15,816 nt of DNA, from the IMG/VR virus record IMGVR_UViG_2711768076_000018; one strand, 5' to 3'. Position numbers and translations under genes: made by a program. This DNA comes from a virus. Its lineage: Duplodnaviria; Heunggongvirae; Uroviricota; Caudoviricetes. The notes below the pieces were generated by a model. That model made no database searches. It was given only the letters and a program-made list of their open reading frames with translations, and had not been told where the DNA came from. Positions 1-8,354 of the stretch are shown piece after piece (the first letter of the stretch is position 1; each line of letters starts with the position of its first letter).

Positions 1-1236
1 ATGATTACACATTTCCGTCAAGCCATAGAAGAAACGCTACCCTGGCTCTCCTCTTTTGGCGCTGACCCAGCGGGTGGGATGACCCGTTTACTTTATTCGC
101 CGGAATGGCTGGAAACCCAGCAGCAATTTAAAAAAAGAATGGCAGCAAGCGGGCTGGAAACACGTTTCGATGAAGTGGGGAATTTATACGGTCGCCTGAG
201 TGGCACCGAATATCCACAGGAAGTGGTTCTGAGCGGTTCGCATATCGATACCGTGGTTAACGGCGGTAACCTCGACGGGCAATTCGGCGCGCTGGCGGCG
301 TGGCTGGCAATTGACTGGTTGAAAACGCAATACGGCGCGCCGTTACGTACGGTCGAAGTGGTGGCGATGGCAGAAGAAGAAGGCAGCCGCTTCCCGTATG
401 TCTTCTGGGGCAGTAAAAATATCTTTGGGCTGGCGAACCCTGACGACGTGCGGAATATCTGTGATGCCAAAGGAAATAGTTTTGTCGATGCGATGAAGGC
501 TTGCGGATTTACTCTGCCGAACGCCCCACTAACTCCGCGTCAGGATATTAAAGCCTTTGTTGAACTGCATATTGAACAGGGCTGTGTGCTGGAAAGTAAT
601 GGTCAATCAATTGGCGTGGTGAATGCAATTGTCGGGCAGCGTCGCTATACGGTGACGCTGAACGGCGAATCAAACCATGCAGGCACCACGCCGATGGGTT
701 ATCGTCGTGATACGGTTTACGCTTTCAGTCGCATTTGCCATCAGTCGATCGAAAAAGCGAAAAAGATGGGCGATCCGCTGGTTCTGACCTTTGGCAAAGT
801 AGAGCCGCGTCCGAATACGGTGAATGTGGTACCGGGTAAAACCACGTTCACCATTGATTGTCGTCATACCGACGCTGCCGTGCTGCGCGATTTCACCCAA
901 CAGTTAGAAAACGACATGCGGGCGATTTGCGATGAAATGGACATTGGTATTGATATCGATTTATGGATGGACGAAGAACCCGTGCCGATGAATAAGGAGC
1001 TGGTCGCCACCCTGACAGAATTGTGTGAAAGTGAAAAACTGAATTACCGGGTGATGCACAGTGGTGCCGGGCACGACGCGCAAATTTTCGCGCCTCGCGT
1101 ACCAACCTGCATGATTTTCATTCCCAGCATCAATGGGATCAGCCATAACCCGGCGGAACGCACCAATATTACCGACCTTGCCGAAGGGGTCAAAACGTTG
1201 GCACTCATGCTTTATCAACTTGCCTGGCAGAAATAA
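1..1236 (+). CDS. allC: allantoate amidohydrolase (M20 peptidase family)
   Basis: 411-aa ORF starting at window position 1 (MITHFRQAIEETLPWLSSFG ... LYQLAWQK). Recognised from memory as enterobacterial AllC, essentially full length. ATG start, TAA stop at 1234-1236. Confidence 0.9.
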   Translation: MITHFRQAIEETLPWLSSFGADPAGGMTRLLYSPEWLETQQQFKKRMAASGLETRFDEVGNLYGRLSGTEYPQEVVLSGSHIDTVVNGGNLDGQFGALAAWLAIDWLKTQYGAPLRTVEVVAMAEEEGSRFPYVFWGSKNIFGLANPDDVRNICDAKGNSFVDAMKACGFTLPNAPLTPRQDIKAFVELHIEQGCVLESNGQSIGVVNAIVGQRRYTVTLNGESNHAGTTPMGYRRDTVYAFSRICHQSIEKAKKMGDPLVLTFGKVEPRPNTVNVVPGKTTFTIDCRHTDAAVLRDFTQQLENDMRAICDEMDIGIDIDLWMDEEPVPMNKELVATLTELCESEKLNYRVMHSGAGHDAQIFAPRVPTCMIFIPSINGISHNPAERTNITDLAEGVKTLALMLYQLAWQK

Positions 1237-1246
1237 GGAGTCATAA

Positions 1247-1285
1247 ATGGGATATATCTATAACTTATTTTCAATAACGCATTGA
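1247..1285 (+). pseudogene. orphaned gene start: 12-codon ORF (MGYIYNLFSITH) with strong SD, possibly the truncated 5' end of the gene that normally follows allC
   Basis: GGAG at 1237-1240 lies 6 nt upstream of ATG 1247, and the ORF stops after 12 codons. The spacing (10 nt after the allC stop) is typical of a coupled operon gene. From memory, E. coli allE/ylbA begins MGY, but this is not verified. Confidence 0.3.
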
Positions 1286-1329
1286 TTTAATTAAACAATA
1301 TACACTGCAAGAAGTGCCAAAAATCGCAA

Positions 1330-1353
1330 ATTAACTACACCATTAACTACACC
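1330..1353. repeat. perfect tandem direct repeat, 2 x ATTAACTACACC
   Basis: Read directly: 1330-1341 and 1342-1353 are identical 12-mers in a non-coding AT-rich stretch. Confidence 0.6.
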
Positions 1354-1462
1354 GTTCGGTGCACTGTATGAAACAACGTGGAACAAATAGACACAAGAAA
1401 TATACAGGCGGGTCATCTTTCCAGGGAGAAGCACGCCAATTCATGAGGGGCGTTAATGTCGA

Positions 1463-1629
1463 TATGGGGATCCCCATAACGGGGCTACCTGGCTTTTTTC
1501 CGGTTAAATGTCAATCAGGCTGGTGGGTTTTACATACCCTTGATCACCGTAATGATGATCCAGATCTGCACCTTTCCACCAATGGTGGAAAAGCCCACAG
1601 CAGGCCGCCCAGCCTCCCCCAATGGGGGA
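1463..1629. repeat. cluster of three GC-stem hairpins/palindromes in a non-coding region
   Basis: tATGGGGATCCCCATa (1463-1478, perfect palindrome); TTTCCACC-AAT-GGTGGAAA (1573-1591); TCCCCC-AAT-GGGGGA (1615-1629). The last two share an AAT loop. No convincing ORF covers them. Confidence 0.45.
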
Positions 1630-1884
1630 TTGTGGAAGAATCAACGGGTTAGGCCTTACCAGCAAAAAAGCACATCAACTGTAACGGAAATCGTTATGGT
1701 TGCTGGTGGGCTAAATCATCGTTATGGTGATGCAGCCATGTAGACGTTCCGGTCTCCTCAAATTGAGGTTTCCGAAAATATCAGCGGGTTAGCGATTAAA
1801 CTGACCATTAATTAAACTGCGAAAATGTCGTAGTTGTGAGGGGTGTAGCCAACCCATTTTTGGAACGTCGGGAATATCAACCAG

Positions 1885-2178
1885 TTACCGCCGCAACCGC
1901 TCCGGCTTCTTCCAGTGGTAAGTAATTTTTTCTTTCTCCTGGTACATCTCCACGCGGCGACGATATGACAACAACTCCAGAACTCTGGTGCGTATATTGC
2001 GTATATCCACGCCGTTAAGCTCGATACCGTCACGGCGCATCACCTCAGCCACCACACGCGCGTAATTTTTGGCTATCACGCTGTCCGGCTGCGTGGCCTC
2101 CTGTTTGCCTGCTTCCTGGCTGATTCCGGTAACGCGGCGGATTATTTTTAGTAGTTCGGTTTCGCTCATTCTCGTCAT
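1885..2178 (-). CDS. hypothetical protein (97 aa), last gene of packaging operon
   Basis: ATG at 2178 overlaps the TerL stop (ATGA overlap), suggesting translational coupling. No family recognised. Confidence 0.5.
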   Translation of the reverse strand: MTRMSETELLKIIRRVTGISQEAGKQEATQPDSVIAKNYARVVAEVMRRDGIELNGVDIRNIRTRVLELLSYRRRVEMYQEKEKITYHWKKPERLRR

Positions 2179-3836
2179 ACCCCATCAAACGCCGCAAGCC
2201 GCTCTTTGTGGCTGTCGCTCATATCAAATGCAAATTCCTCATGCTCTGCCTGGAATGTGCCAAACGCCATCAGCGCCGCAACGCTCGGGTCTATCTTGTT
2301 GGATGATTTTTTCTTGTTCGGCTTGATATTGGCGTTCGCGTCACTCTGCATCACAACATTACTCATTGACCAGGCCAGCACCGGATCGCCACGATGCACA
2401 ATCACCTTCCGGTTAACAAAAACTTCGAACGATTTCGCCGCCGGACTGAAACGAAGGTATGTTTGCGGGAACGGCTCCACCTCAAATCCTGCCCCCTGTA
2501 GCTGCGTCCTCAGGTGCGTGGCGTTCCATGTATCGAAGCCCACCAGCCTGATATTGAAATTCTCTGCATCCGCCATGATGTCATCACGGATACGGTCATA
2601 ATCAATGCAGTCACCCGGTGTTGTGCGTATCCAGCCCGCCTTTACCCACTGGCGATAGATGGCGCGGTTTTTATTGGCGGGGTTCTGTAGCTGAAATTCC
2701 GGCAGATAGTGACGGGAAACCAGCATAATCTTTTTACCGACCGGAAAGGCATAGCACACGCTGGAAATATCGCTGGTTGATGATAAGTCCAGCCCCGCGT
2801 AGCACTCCTGACCGTATAAATCCGCCTCCGCGAACGTTCCGGCGCACTCCGCCCATGCACCGTTACCCATCCACGGCGTAGCCCCCTGACACCAGATATT
2901 GAATCGCTTGGTGAGCATTTCCACCCACTGCGACGGAATACCCCGCGCTTTCTGGATGGTTGAGGCCAGTTTTTCACGATCGACGGAAACATCGATATTG
3001 GGATTCGCCTTTATCCACATCGCCGGATCGTCAACCTCGCTTTCATCATCCAGCTCGTAAATCAGCACGAACATGGATTCGTTCACCTCTTCACCATCCA
3101 GTATCTGGCAGCAATAGTCATAGTGTTGTTTACAGGCTGAAACAACGTTGCTCCCCGATGTGGTGATGGCAAATAACAGCCCCTCCGGACGCGCCCCCAT
3201 TCCCAGTTCAAGCGCGGAATAAACCCCGTTGTCAGGGTGCAGGTGATATTCATCCACAATGGCAAGACTCGGGTTTGTACCTTCAATGGTTGCCGCTTTT
3301 GCTGCCAGTGGCTTTAACAGGCTGTTGGTTTTCGGGTGTATCACCTTGTGTGCCTGAATATTTACCCGCTTTCGTAACGGTCGGGATAAAAGGCACATCT
3401 GACGCGCATCATCAAACACGATCCGCGCCTGATCACGACTCACGGCGGCGGTGTAAATATCCTGCTGCCCGTTTTCCATAACCAGAAACCAGTTAGCCAG
3501 GATAGCGGCGACCGTGGATTTGGCATTTTTTCGCGGCACTTCAATGAATGCGCTGGTGTATTTGCGCCGTCCGGTGGCCTTAACCTTAAAGCCCAGGATG
3601 CACGCAAAGGCGAACTGCTGCCACGGCTCCAGCTCAATGGGGCTACCGCGCATTGCGCCTTTTACGTGCGGACACACCCTGGAAAAGGCAATAAACCGCT
3701 CCACGACCTCCGGATCGAACGTGTAAAGGGGGTTTTCAAGGTCAGAAAAATACCGTTTAACGGCCTGTTTCAGTCGTTTACAGGCCGTAATTTTGCCGTT
3801 TTTTACGCCTTCTGCGTACTCATGCCAGGCGGTCAA
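2175..3836 (-). CDS. terL: terminase large subunit (HK97-like Terminase_1 family ATPase/nuclease)
   Basis: 553-aa ORF with typical large-terminase length and motifs. The ORF-track start at 3836 is a TTG codon preceded by GAGGA; no in-frame ATG lies nearby. Confidence 0.85.
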   Translation of the reverse strand: MTAWHEYAEGVKNGKITACKRLKQAVKRYFSDLENPLYTFDPEVVERFIAFSRVCPHVKGAMRGSPIELEPWQQFAFACILGFKVKATGRRKYTSAFIEVPRKNAKSTVAAILANWFLVMENGQQDIYTAAVSRDQARIVFDDARQMCLLSRPLRKRVNIQAHKVIHPKTNSLLKPLAAKAATIEGTNPSLAIVDEYHLHPDNGVYSALELGMGARPEGLLFAITTSGSNVVSACKQHYDYCCQILDGEEVNESMFVLIYELDDESEVDDPAMWIKANPNIDVSVDREKLASTIQKARGIPSQWVEMLTKRFNIWCQGATPWMGNGAWAECAGTFAEADLYGQECYAGLDLSSTSDISSVCYAFPVGKKIMLVSRHYLPEFQLQNPANKNRAIYRQWVKAGWIRTTPGDCIDYDRIRDDIMADAENFNIRLVGFDTWNATHLRTQLQGAGFEVEPFPQTYLRFSPAAKSFEVFVNRKVIVHRGDPVLAWSMSNVVMQSDANANIKPNKKKSSNKIDPSVAALMAFGTFQAEHEEFAFDMSDSHKERLAAFDGV

Positions 3837-4176
3837 GCTCGTCCTCTTCCTCTGTTTCCGGTGGATTTCTGCGGCGACTTACCGGGTCAAAACCCAGCAA
3901 AGAAGCCATTTTGATCATTATTCTTTCAGCGTCAGCCTTTGCGCTCAGGGCGGGGTTTCTGCTCTCGCTGCCCTGACTGTTAACAATGCTGAACCCGCGC
4001 GTGGCAAGGTCTTCGACGGCTTTGCGGTATATGGAGTAGTTAACGCAATACAGCTCCAGATTGCTCCAGTCGGCGGGAGTAAGGTCTTCCCGTCCGGAAA
4101 GCTGGCGCGATTTTTCCTTCCACTGCCTGACCGCGATTTCATCCAGGTAAGCGGGGGCTTTTGGTGGTCTTGCCAT
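3820..4176 (-). CDS. terS: terminase small subunit (P27-like family)
   Basis: The C-terminal 119 aa (MARPPKAPAYLDEIAVRQW ...) look like a small terminase. The 47 codons upstream to the ORF-track start (4317) have odd composition and rare codons, so ATG 4176 is preferred. Confidence 0.65.
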   Translation of the reverse strand: MARPPKAPAYLDEIAVRQWKEKSRQLSGREDLTPADWSNLELYCVNYSIYRKAVEDLATRGFSIVNSQGSESRNPALSAKADAERIMIKMASLLGFDPVSRRRNPPETEEEDELDRLA

Positions 4177-4464
4177 GTTCTTTTTTCGCCCAATTATTTT
4201 CAAAAAAATTCCCGTGCACAAAAATTTGAGGAGGCGGTCGGTGTCCGGCAGGGACGGTTTCGTCCTGAAAACCACCCCCACCCCCTCTGACGGCCTCACC
4301 AGCGATTGCGAAAACATTCCATGACCTCGCGGTCACGGTCGGTTAATTGCTTCGCTGTGGTGCGTTCTGTGCGCCCTGTCCTGTTGGCTTTGTGCCCTGT
4401 CTCCTGTGTCTTCCATAAGTCACGCTGCCTTATCAGTCCACGTATCAGCCTGGTTTGCTCCTGT
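4177..4464. other. HNH-TerS intergenic region, candidate cos/packaging site
   Basis: About 290 bp gap containing hairpin GGACGgtttCGTCC (4251-4264) and C-tract CCACCCCCACCCCCTC (about 4272-4287). In HK97-type cos phages the cos site lies between the HNH gene and terS. Confidence 0.3.
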
Positions 4465-4475
4465 TCAGTCATCAT
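4296..4475 (-). CDS. possible small basic protein (about 59 aa) overlapping the HNH 3' end
   Basis: In-frame ATGs at 4481/4475/4472 overlap the last HNH codons (MMTEQEQTRLIRGLIRQRDLWK ...). The SD is weak, so this is speculative. Confidence 0.25.
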   Translation of the reverse strand: MMTEQEQTRLIRGLIRQRDLWKTQETGHKANRTGRTERTTAKQLTDRDREVMECFRNRW

Positions 4476-4905
4476 CGCCATACATCCAGTCGTTACGGTG
4501 TGCTGCCCGTTCTTCCTGTTCGCGATACATGCCCGCCTTACGGTTCGCTTTCGTGGCTGGATCTTCCCGTGTCGTCTTACGGTTGTGGCACGTCTGGCAC
4601 AATGCCTGGTGGTTCCACTCAGGCCAGAAGAGAACATCACCGCCGCCATTGATGGGGATGATGTGATCCACCACAAGAGCTGGCGTATAAATCCCCTTAG
4701 CCAGACAACGCACGCATAACGGGTTTTTGCTCAGGTACAGGGCGCGGTATTTGTCCCACTGTCGGGAATACCCGCGCGCGCGGCGGTGTCCCCGTCTGGC
4801 ATCCTCTGCACGCCATACAGCCCGTCTGTGCTCTTCACACTTGCCGGACTTCACGCGCTTATTACAGCCCGGCTCAGTGCATCGCCTTAATGGTTGCCAC
4901 GGCAT
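4465..4905 (-). CDS. HNH endonuclease (terminase-associated)
   Basis: 146 aa with Cys-rich N-terminus and an HNH motif (DHIIP ... NHQALCQTCHNRKT). ATG 4905 overlaps the stop of the upstream gene (ATGA). Confidence 0.85.
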   Translation of the reverse strand: MPWQPLRRCTEPGCNKRVKSGKCEEHRRAVWRAEDARRGHRRARGYSRQWDKYRALYLSKNPLCVRCLAKGIYTPALVVDHIIPINGGGDVLFWPEWNHQALCQTCHNRKTTREDPATKANRKAGMYREQEERAAHRNDWMYGDDD

Positions 4906-5207
4906 CAGTACACCCCCACATCACGATAAACCGACCAGAGCGCAGAAATAGCCATAGGCAGTTCAGACTGCTCCACTGGTGAAACTGCTTCCCTGTTCTC
5001 GTACAGGAAAGCGATGTACATCAGGCAACCAACACGCATTGCCGGGGTAAATTCCAGCCCGTCTTCAAAACGTTTCCCGATATGCTTCTGGCAGGCTTCC
5101 AGCGCCGCATCGGTATACATTTTCAGAAGTTCGCCTTCACCGGATAAATCATCATCAAGTCGAAGATGTGCCCTGACTTCATCAGGTGTAATTCTGGCTT
5201 CACTCAT
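4905..5207 (-). CDS. head-tail connector / DNA-packaging protein, gp6-like
   Basis: About 100 aa from ATG 5207 (MSEARITPDEV ...) with a strong SD (AGGGAG) just after the portal stop. The ORF-track start at 5270 is GTG and less likely. Confidence 0.65.
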   Translation of the reverse strand: MSEARITPDEVRAHLRLDDDLSGEGELLKMYTDAALEACQKHIGKRFEDGLEFTPAMRVGCLMYIAFLYENREAVSPVEQSELPMAISALWSVYRDVGVY

Positions 5208-6414
5208 CTTTTCTCCCTTTAATTTCCACAGTCTGTTTCCATGCCTGGCTGAACTCATCACCACCTTCACGCGGCGGCATACCCTCGCGTTCGCGAGCTT
5301 CGTTCGGATTCATGATCCCGCTCTTAATCCCTTTCTCATACGTGGCATAACGTTCGGTGGGTGTGGCGCGCAGTAAATCGGCTGAATCAAACTCAACCAG
5401 ATAACGGGTACCAGGTACGGGAGAAGTCACCAGCAAAGCGGCCTTGATTTGCTGTTCGAAGTTCGCCAGCCACGGGCGCATTGTCATGGTCAGAAATGCG
5501 CGGCTCGCCTCACTGAAATTGCTGTAGGTGCTGTTGCTGTATTCCTGAAGAAAAATCGGCGACACGTTGAACATCCTGGCGATGTCTTCAATGGAGAAGC
5601 GACGGGAGGCCAGCCATTCCGCATCCTGGTTACTCATCCCCAGCTGCCTGTAATCCATGCCCCCTTCAAGGATTGGCGTTTTTCCGGCATTTTTCGCCCC
5701 CTTGTAGCGTTCCAGTGCGTCTAATGCCTGTTTACCTTTCACGCCGTCCAGCCATTCACCTGACGTGATAATCCCTGCCGCCATCATGCCATCTTTCATA
5801 ATGCTGGCTCCGTGACGCTGTTGAGCAAGGCCAAGCCCCAGCGCCTCACGGCAAATCGTGACGGGGGAACGCCCCAGAAAGCCATCATCCGAGGCATAGC
5901 GGAGATGCAGAACTTCTTCCTGTAAATACGTGCGCACCGTTCCTGTACAGGGTTCGGTGATGGTATAGCGGTATTTGTGTGTGCCTGTGCGTTCCGGTAC
6001 AACACACCCCGGCGCATAAGGATGAAGTGATTTTGGCTGCCCGTCCCGCCCCCACTCAATAACCGCATAGGCGTTACCGTTCAGCAGGCAGTGACGCATC
6101 ATTGTGCGTTTAAACTGGTAAGGTGTCAGGCACGAATTAGGCTGCTCATTCAGCAGAATATCTACCGGGTGACTGTCCAGCCATTCCCGCGCCTCTCTGC
6201 CCTTATCATTGCGTACCAGATACAGGTAACACGGCATCGTGGCCACCGCCTCAGCGATGACAGAAACCGCGTTCATCACAGCAGGCAATGATTCAGCCGT
6301 CCCGGCAGAAACATATTCTCCGGATCCGGTATTTGGTACACCAGACAACGCCAGAAAATCATCAATGGACAGGTTACGCAGATCGCTTTTTTTACGACTA
6401 AAAGGCCACCACAT
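5200..6414 (-). CDS. portal protein (HK97 family)
   Basis: About 404 aa from ATG 6414 (MWWPFSRKK ...), 1 nt after the protease stop and preceded by a GGGGG SD. The ORF-track start at 6504 is TTG. Size and composition fit a portal. Confidence 0.85.
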   Translation of the reverse strand: MWWPFSRKKSDLRNLSIDDFLALSGVPNTGSGEYVSAGTAESLPAVMNAVSVIAEAVATMPCYLYLVRNDKGREAREWLDSHPVDILLNEQPNSCLTPYQFKRTMMRHCLLNGNAYAVIEWGRDGQPKSLHPYAPGCVVPERTGTHKYRYTITEPCTGTVRTYLQEEVLHLRYASDDGFLGRSPVTICREALGLGLAQQRHGASIMKDGMMAAGIITSGEWLDGVKGKQALDALERYKGAKNAGKTPILEGGMDYRQLGMSNQDAEWLASRRFSIEDIARMFNVSPIFLQEYSNSTYSNFSEASRAFLTMTMRPWLANFEQQIKAALLVTSPVPGTRYLVEFDSADLLRATPTERYATYEKGIKSGIMNPNEAREREGMPPREGGDEFSQAWKQTVEIKGRKDE

Positions 6415-6415
6415 A

Positions 6416-6976
6416 TCACACCCCCGCCAGTTCAGCCCAGCGATGACGATTATTTCCTGCCGGGCGTAATTCAGGGTACTGTGCAAACAACGAACGGTGG
6501 GCAATCTCCACGCCGGATTCGGGATAAGCAGGCATCGATGTTATCGTGATTTCACGGAGTTCTGCTGCGGTTACAGTACGCAGATACGGTTTTTGCGCGA
6601 TATTCCACTCCTCGCATAATGCGCGAAAGCCAAAGCTCATTCCTGTAATATCGCCACGTTCCACCAGCGTAAGCACATCTTTTCCAAGCTGGGTATTTGG
6701 CGGTGTCAGTTCAAAACGTAGCCCGGTGTTATCCTCAGTCAGTACCAGTGAGCCGGATTTGGTACGCCCCAGCAGTTGGGTATAGTCATGCTCATACAGA
6801 CAGCGCACATCATTACCTGCCGCCAGATAGTCAGCAAAAGCCCCCGGCGTGAACTGTTCGCGAAACTCGTCCCAGATAATTTCTGAAAGGCTGTTCCAGC
6901 GAACGGCATAACCCACCAGTTTTTTATCGCTGGCGGTCAGTTCAGATGTACGGATTTCAAAATCGGTGTTTTTCAT
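6416..6976 (-). CDS. prohead maturation protease (HK97 family)
   Basis: 186 aa from ATG 6976 (MKNTDFEIRTSEL ...) with GGAG SD. Conserved GMSFGF-type motif region. The ORF-track N-terminal extension to 7201 overlaps the capsid gene and is unlikely. Confidence 0.85.
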   Translation of the reverse strand: MKNTDFEIRTSELTASDKKLVGYAVRWNSLSEIIWDEFREQFTPGAFADYLAAGNDVRCLYEHDYTQLLGRTKSGSLVLTEDNTGLRFELTPPNTQLGKDVLTLVERGDITGMSFGFRALCEEWNIAQKPYLRTVTAAELREITITSMPAYPESGVEIAHRSLFAQYPELRPAGNNRHRWAELAGV

Positions 6977-6996
6977 CGGTGTACTCCATAAAGCTG

Positions 6997-7020
6997 AAAA
7001 AGGAGGCCGAAGCCCCCTTT
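6997..7020 (-). terminator. intrinsic terminator/attenuator immediately after the capsid gene
   Basis: Minus-strand RNA reads AAAGGGGGC-UUCG-GCCUCCUUUUU: a GC stem with a UUCG tetraloop and a U5 tract, 6 nt downstream of the capsid stop and upstream of the protease SD. Confidence 0.6.
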
Positions 7021-7025
7021 GCTCA

Positions 7026-8171
7026 TTACTTGCCAGCCTGAATTTCCAGAATCTTGATGGCGTTCGAATCCACCACACCACCGCCCAGATATTTCTGGGT
7101 ATAGATGTTAATGAATCCAGGCTCGCTGAAATCCGGACGGGTACGCGTACCGGTTTTATGGTCAACGATGAAATAACCGCGCTTAAAGTCACCGACTGCA
7201 ATCACACCGTCCGGCATAAATTCCAGATATTCAACCGGAAGCCCCAGCAGAGAATCAGGATCACCAGCCTGTAAACGATCGCGCCAGATGTAATCACCAG
7301 TGGCATTTTTCAGTTTTTGTGCGGAGGCGGCTGTATTTGAGTTCATCACCCATACAGCTTTTTTGCGGTACTTATTGCGCAGCGTAAATTTCAGGTCAAT
7401 CAGCATATCGGCGCTGAGACTGCCAGTCACTTTTTTCGTCTGGAGCGTACCGAAAGGACGGGTTTTGTCATTATCCGTAGTGCGCGGGAAAGTCAGGAAA
7501 CCTTTGGCTTTTTTCTCGCCATCACCGGAAACCAGATCCGTTTCTTCGGTATCAACGAAAGTGTCGCCAATTTCAGAAGATAACCAGCCCATAATATCGA
7601 CTTCGGAAAAATCGATAATTTCCTGAGTGGTTTTCGGGTAAGCGTAGATCGGATACAGGCGGATACTGACTTCATTCAGTTTTGGGGTTGCCGTCTGGTT
7701 ACGTGCCGCACCTTCTTCGCCGTGTCCCACGACCGCCCCCCCGGCAGAAACCAGTTGCTTAAATTCATTACTGTGAATGGTTTTAACAGTACAGATTTTA
7801 CGCATCACCGACTCATCAGAAAGCTGACGCATAATTTCTCTGTTCAGTTCCGGGATAACCGTATAACCACCATCAGCCGGAACACTGCCGGACAGGTTGC
7901 GGGTTTCCCCGGTCAGAATGTAAGAGCGTAGCTCATTTTTGGTGATTTTATCTTCGACGGGAACACCAGGCTGGTTACGTTCTTCATCAGCCACAGACTC
8001 GAGGCGGGAAATTTCTGTGTCGAGGGAATCGGCTTTTGCACGCAGTTCATCAAACTGTTTGCCTTCGTCATCGGTTAGACTGCGGTTTTCACTGTCGGCT
8101 TTTTCCAGCAGGGATCGCATCTGGTTTTTCAGGGCGGTTTTTTGCTGGCGGAGTTCGATTAATTTCTTCAT
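7026..8171 (-). CDS. major capsid protein (HK97 fold) with N-terminal coiled-coil delta domain
   Basis: 381 aa, ATG at 8171. The N-terminal 60 aa are coiled-coil-like (MKKLIELRQQKTALKNQ ...), followed by a capsid-shell domain with HK97-like C-terminal motifs. Confidence 0.9.
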   Translation of the reverse strand: MKKLIELRQQKTALKNQMRSLLEKADSENRSLTDDEGKQFDELRAKADSLDTEISRLESVADEERNQPGVPVEDKITKNELRSYILTGETRNLSGSVPADGGYTVIPELNREIMRQLSDESVMRKICTVKTIHSNEFKQLVSAGGAVVGHGEEGAARNQTATPKLNEVSIRLYPIYAYPKTTQEIIDFSEVDIMGWLSSEIGDTFVDTEETDLVSGDGEKKAKGFLTFPRTTDNDKTRPFGTLQTKKVTGSLSADMLIDLKFTLRNKYRKKAVWVMNSNTAASAQKLKNATGDYIWRDRLQAGDPDSLLGLPVEYLEFMPDGVIAVGDFKRGYFIVDHKTGTRTRPDFSEPGFINIYTQKYLGGGVVDSNAIKILEIQAGK

Positions 8172-8354
8172 GAAGGTTTTCTCGCATTGGTTAAGATTCA
8201 GGACGTGAAACCAACACGGGGGGAGCGCCGCCCGACACTCTCGGCATCTCGCAGATCAACCCGGCATCGCGCAGGGGGTCAGGCGGCATTGTGGCGGCTC
8301 ACGTCTGAGTGCCACACGCCAACATATACATAAAAATCAGTATGTAAACATCAA

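Noticed and set aside
1359-1743. Two plus-strand ORFs (97 and 67 aa) in the junction region
   Set aside because: The first has a GTG start without an SD, rare codons and no protein-like composition, and both overlap the hairpin/palindrome cluster. The region is more likely non-coding.
3793-4290. 165-aa plus-strand ORF, plus several 60-130 aa ORFs antisense to terL, terS, HNH, portal and primase
   Set aside because: They lie entirely antisense to well-supported minus-strand genes and lack RBSs. They are typical shadow ORFs of GC-rich coding sequence.
3820-4317. Long form of TerS (165 aa) starting at ATG 4317
   Set aside because: The extra 47 N-terminal codons have odd composition and rare codons, and would fill the candidate cos region. 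The MARPPKAP start at 4176 matches typical small-terminase N-termini. Kept as an alternative only.
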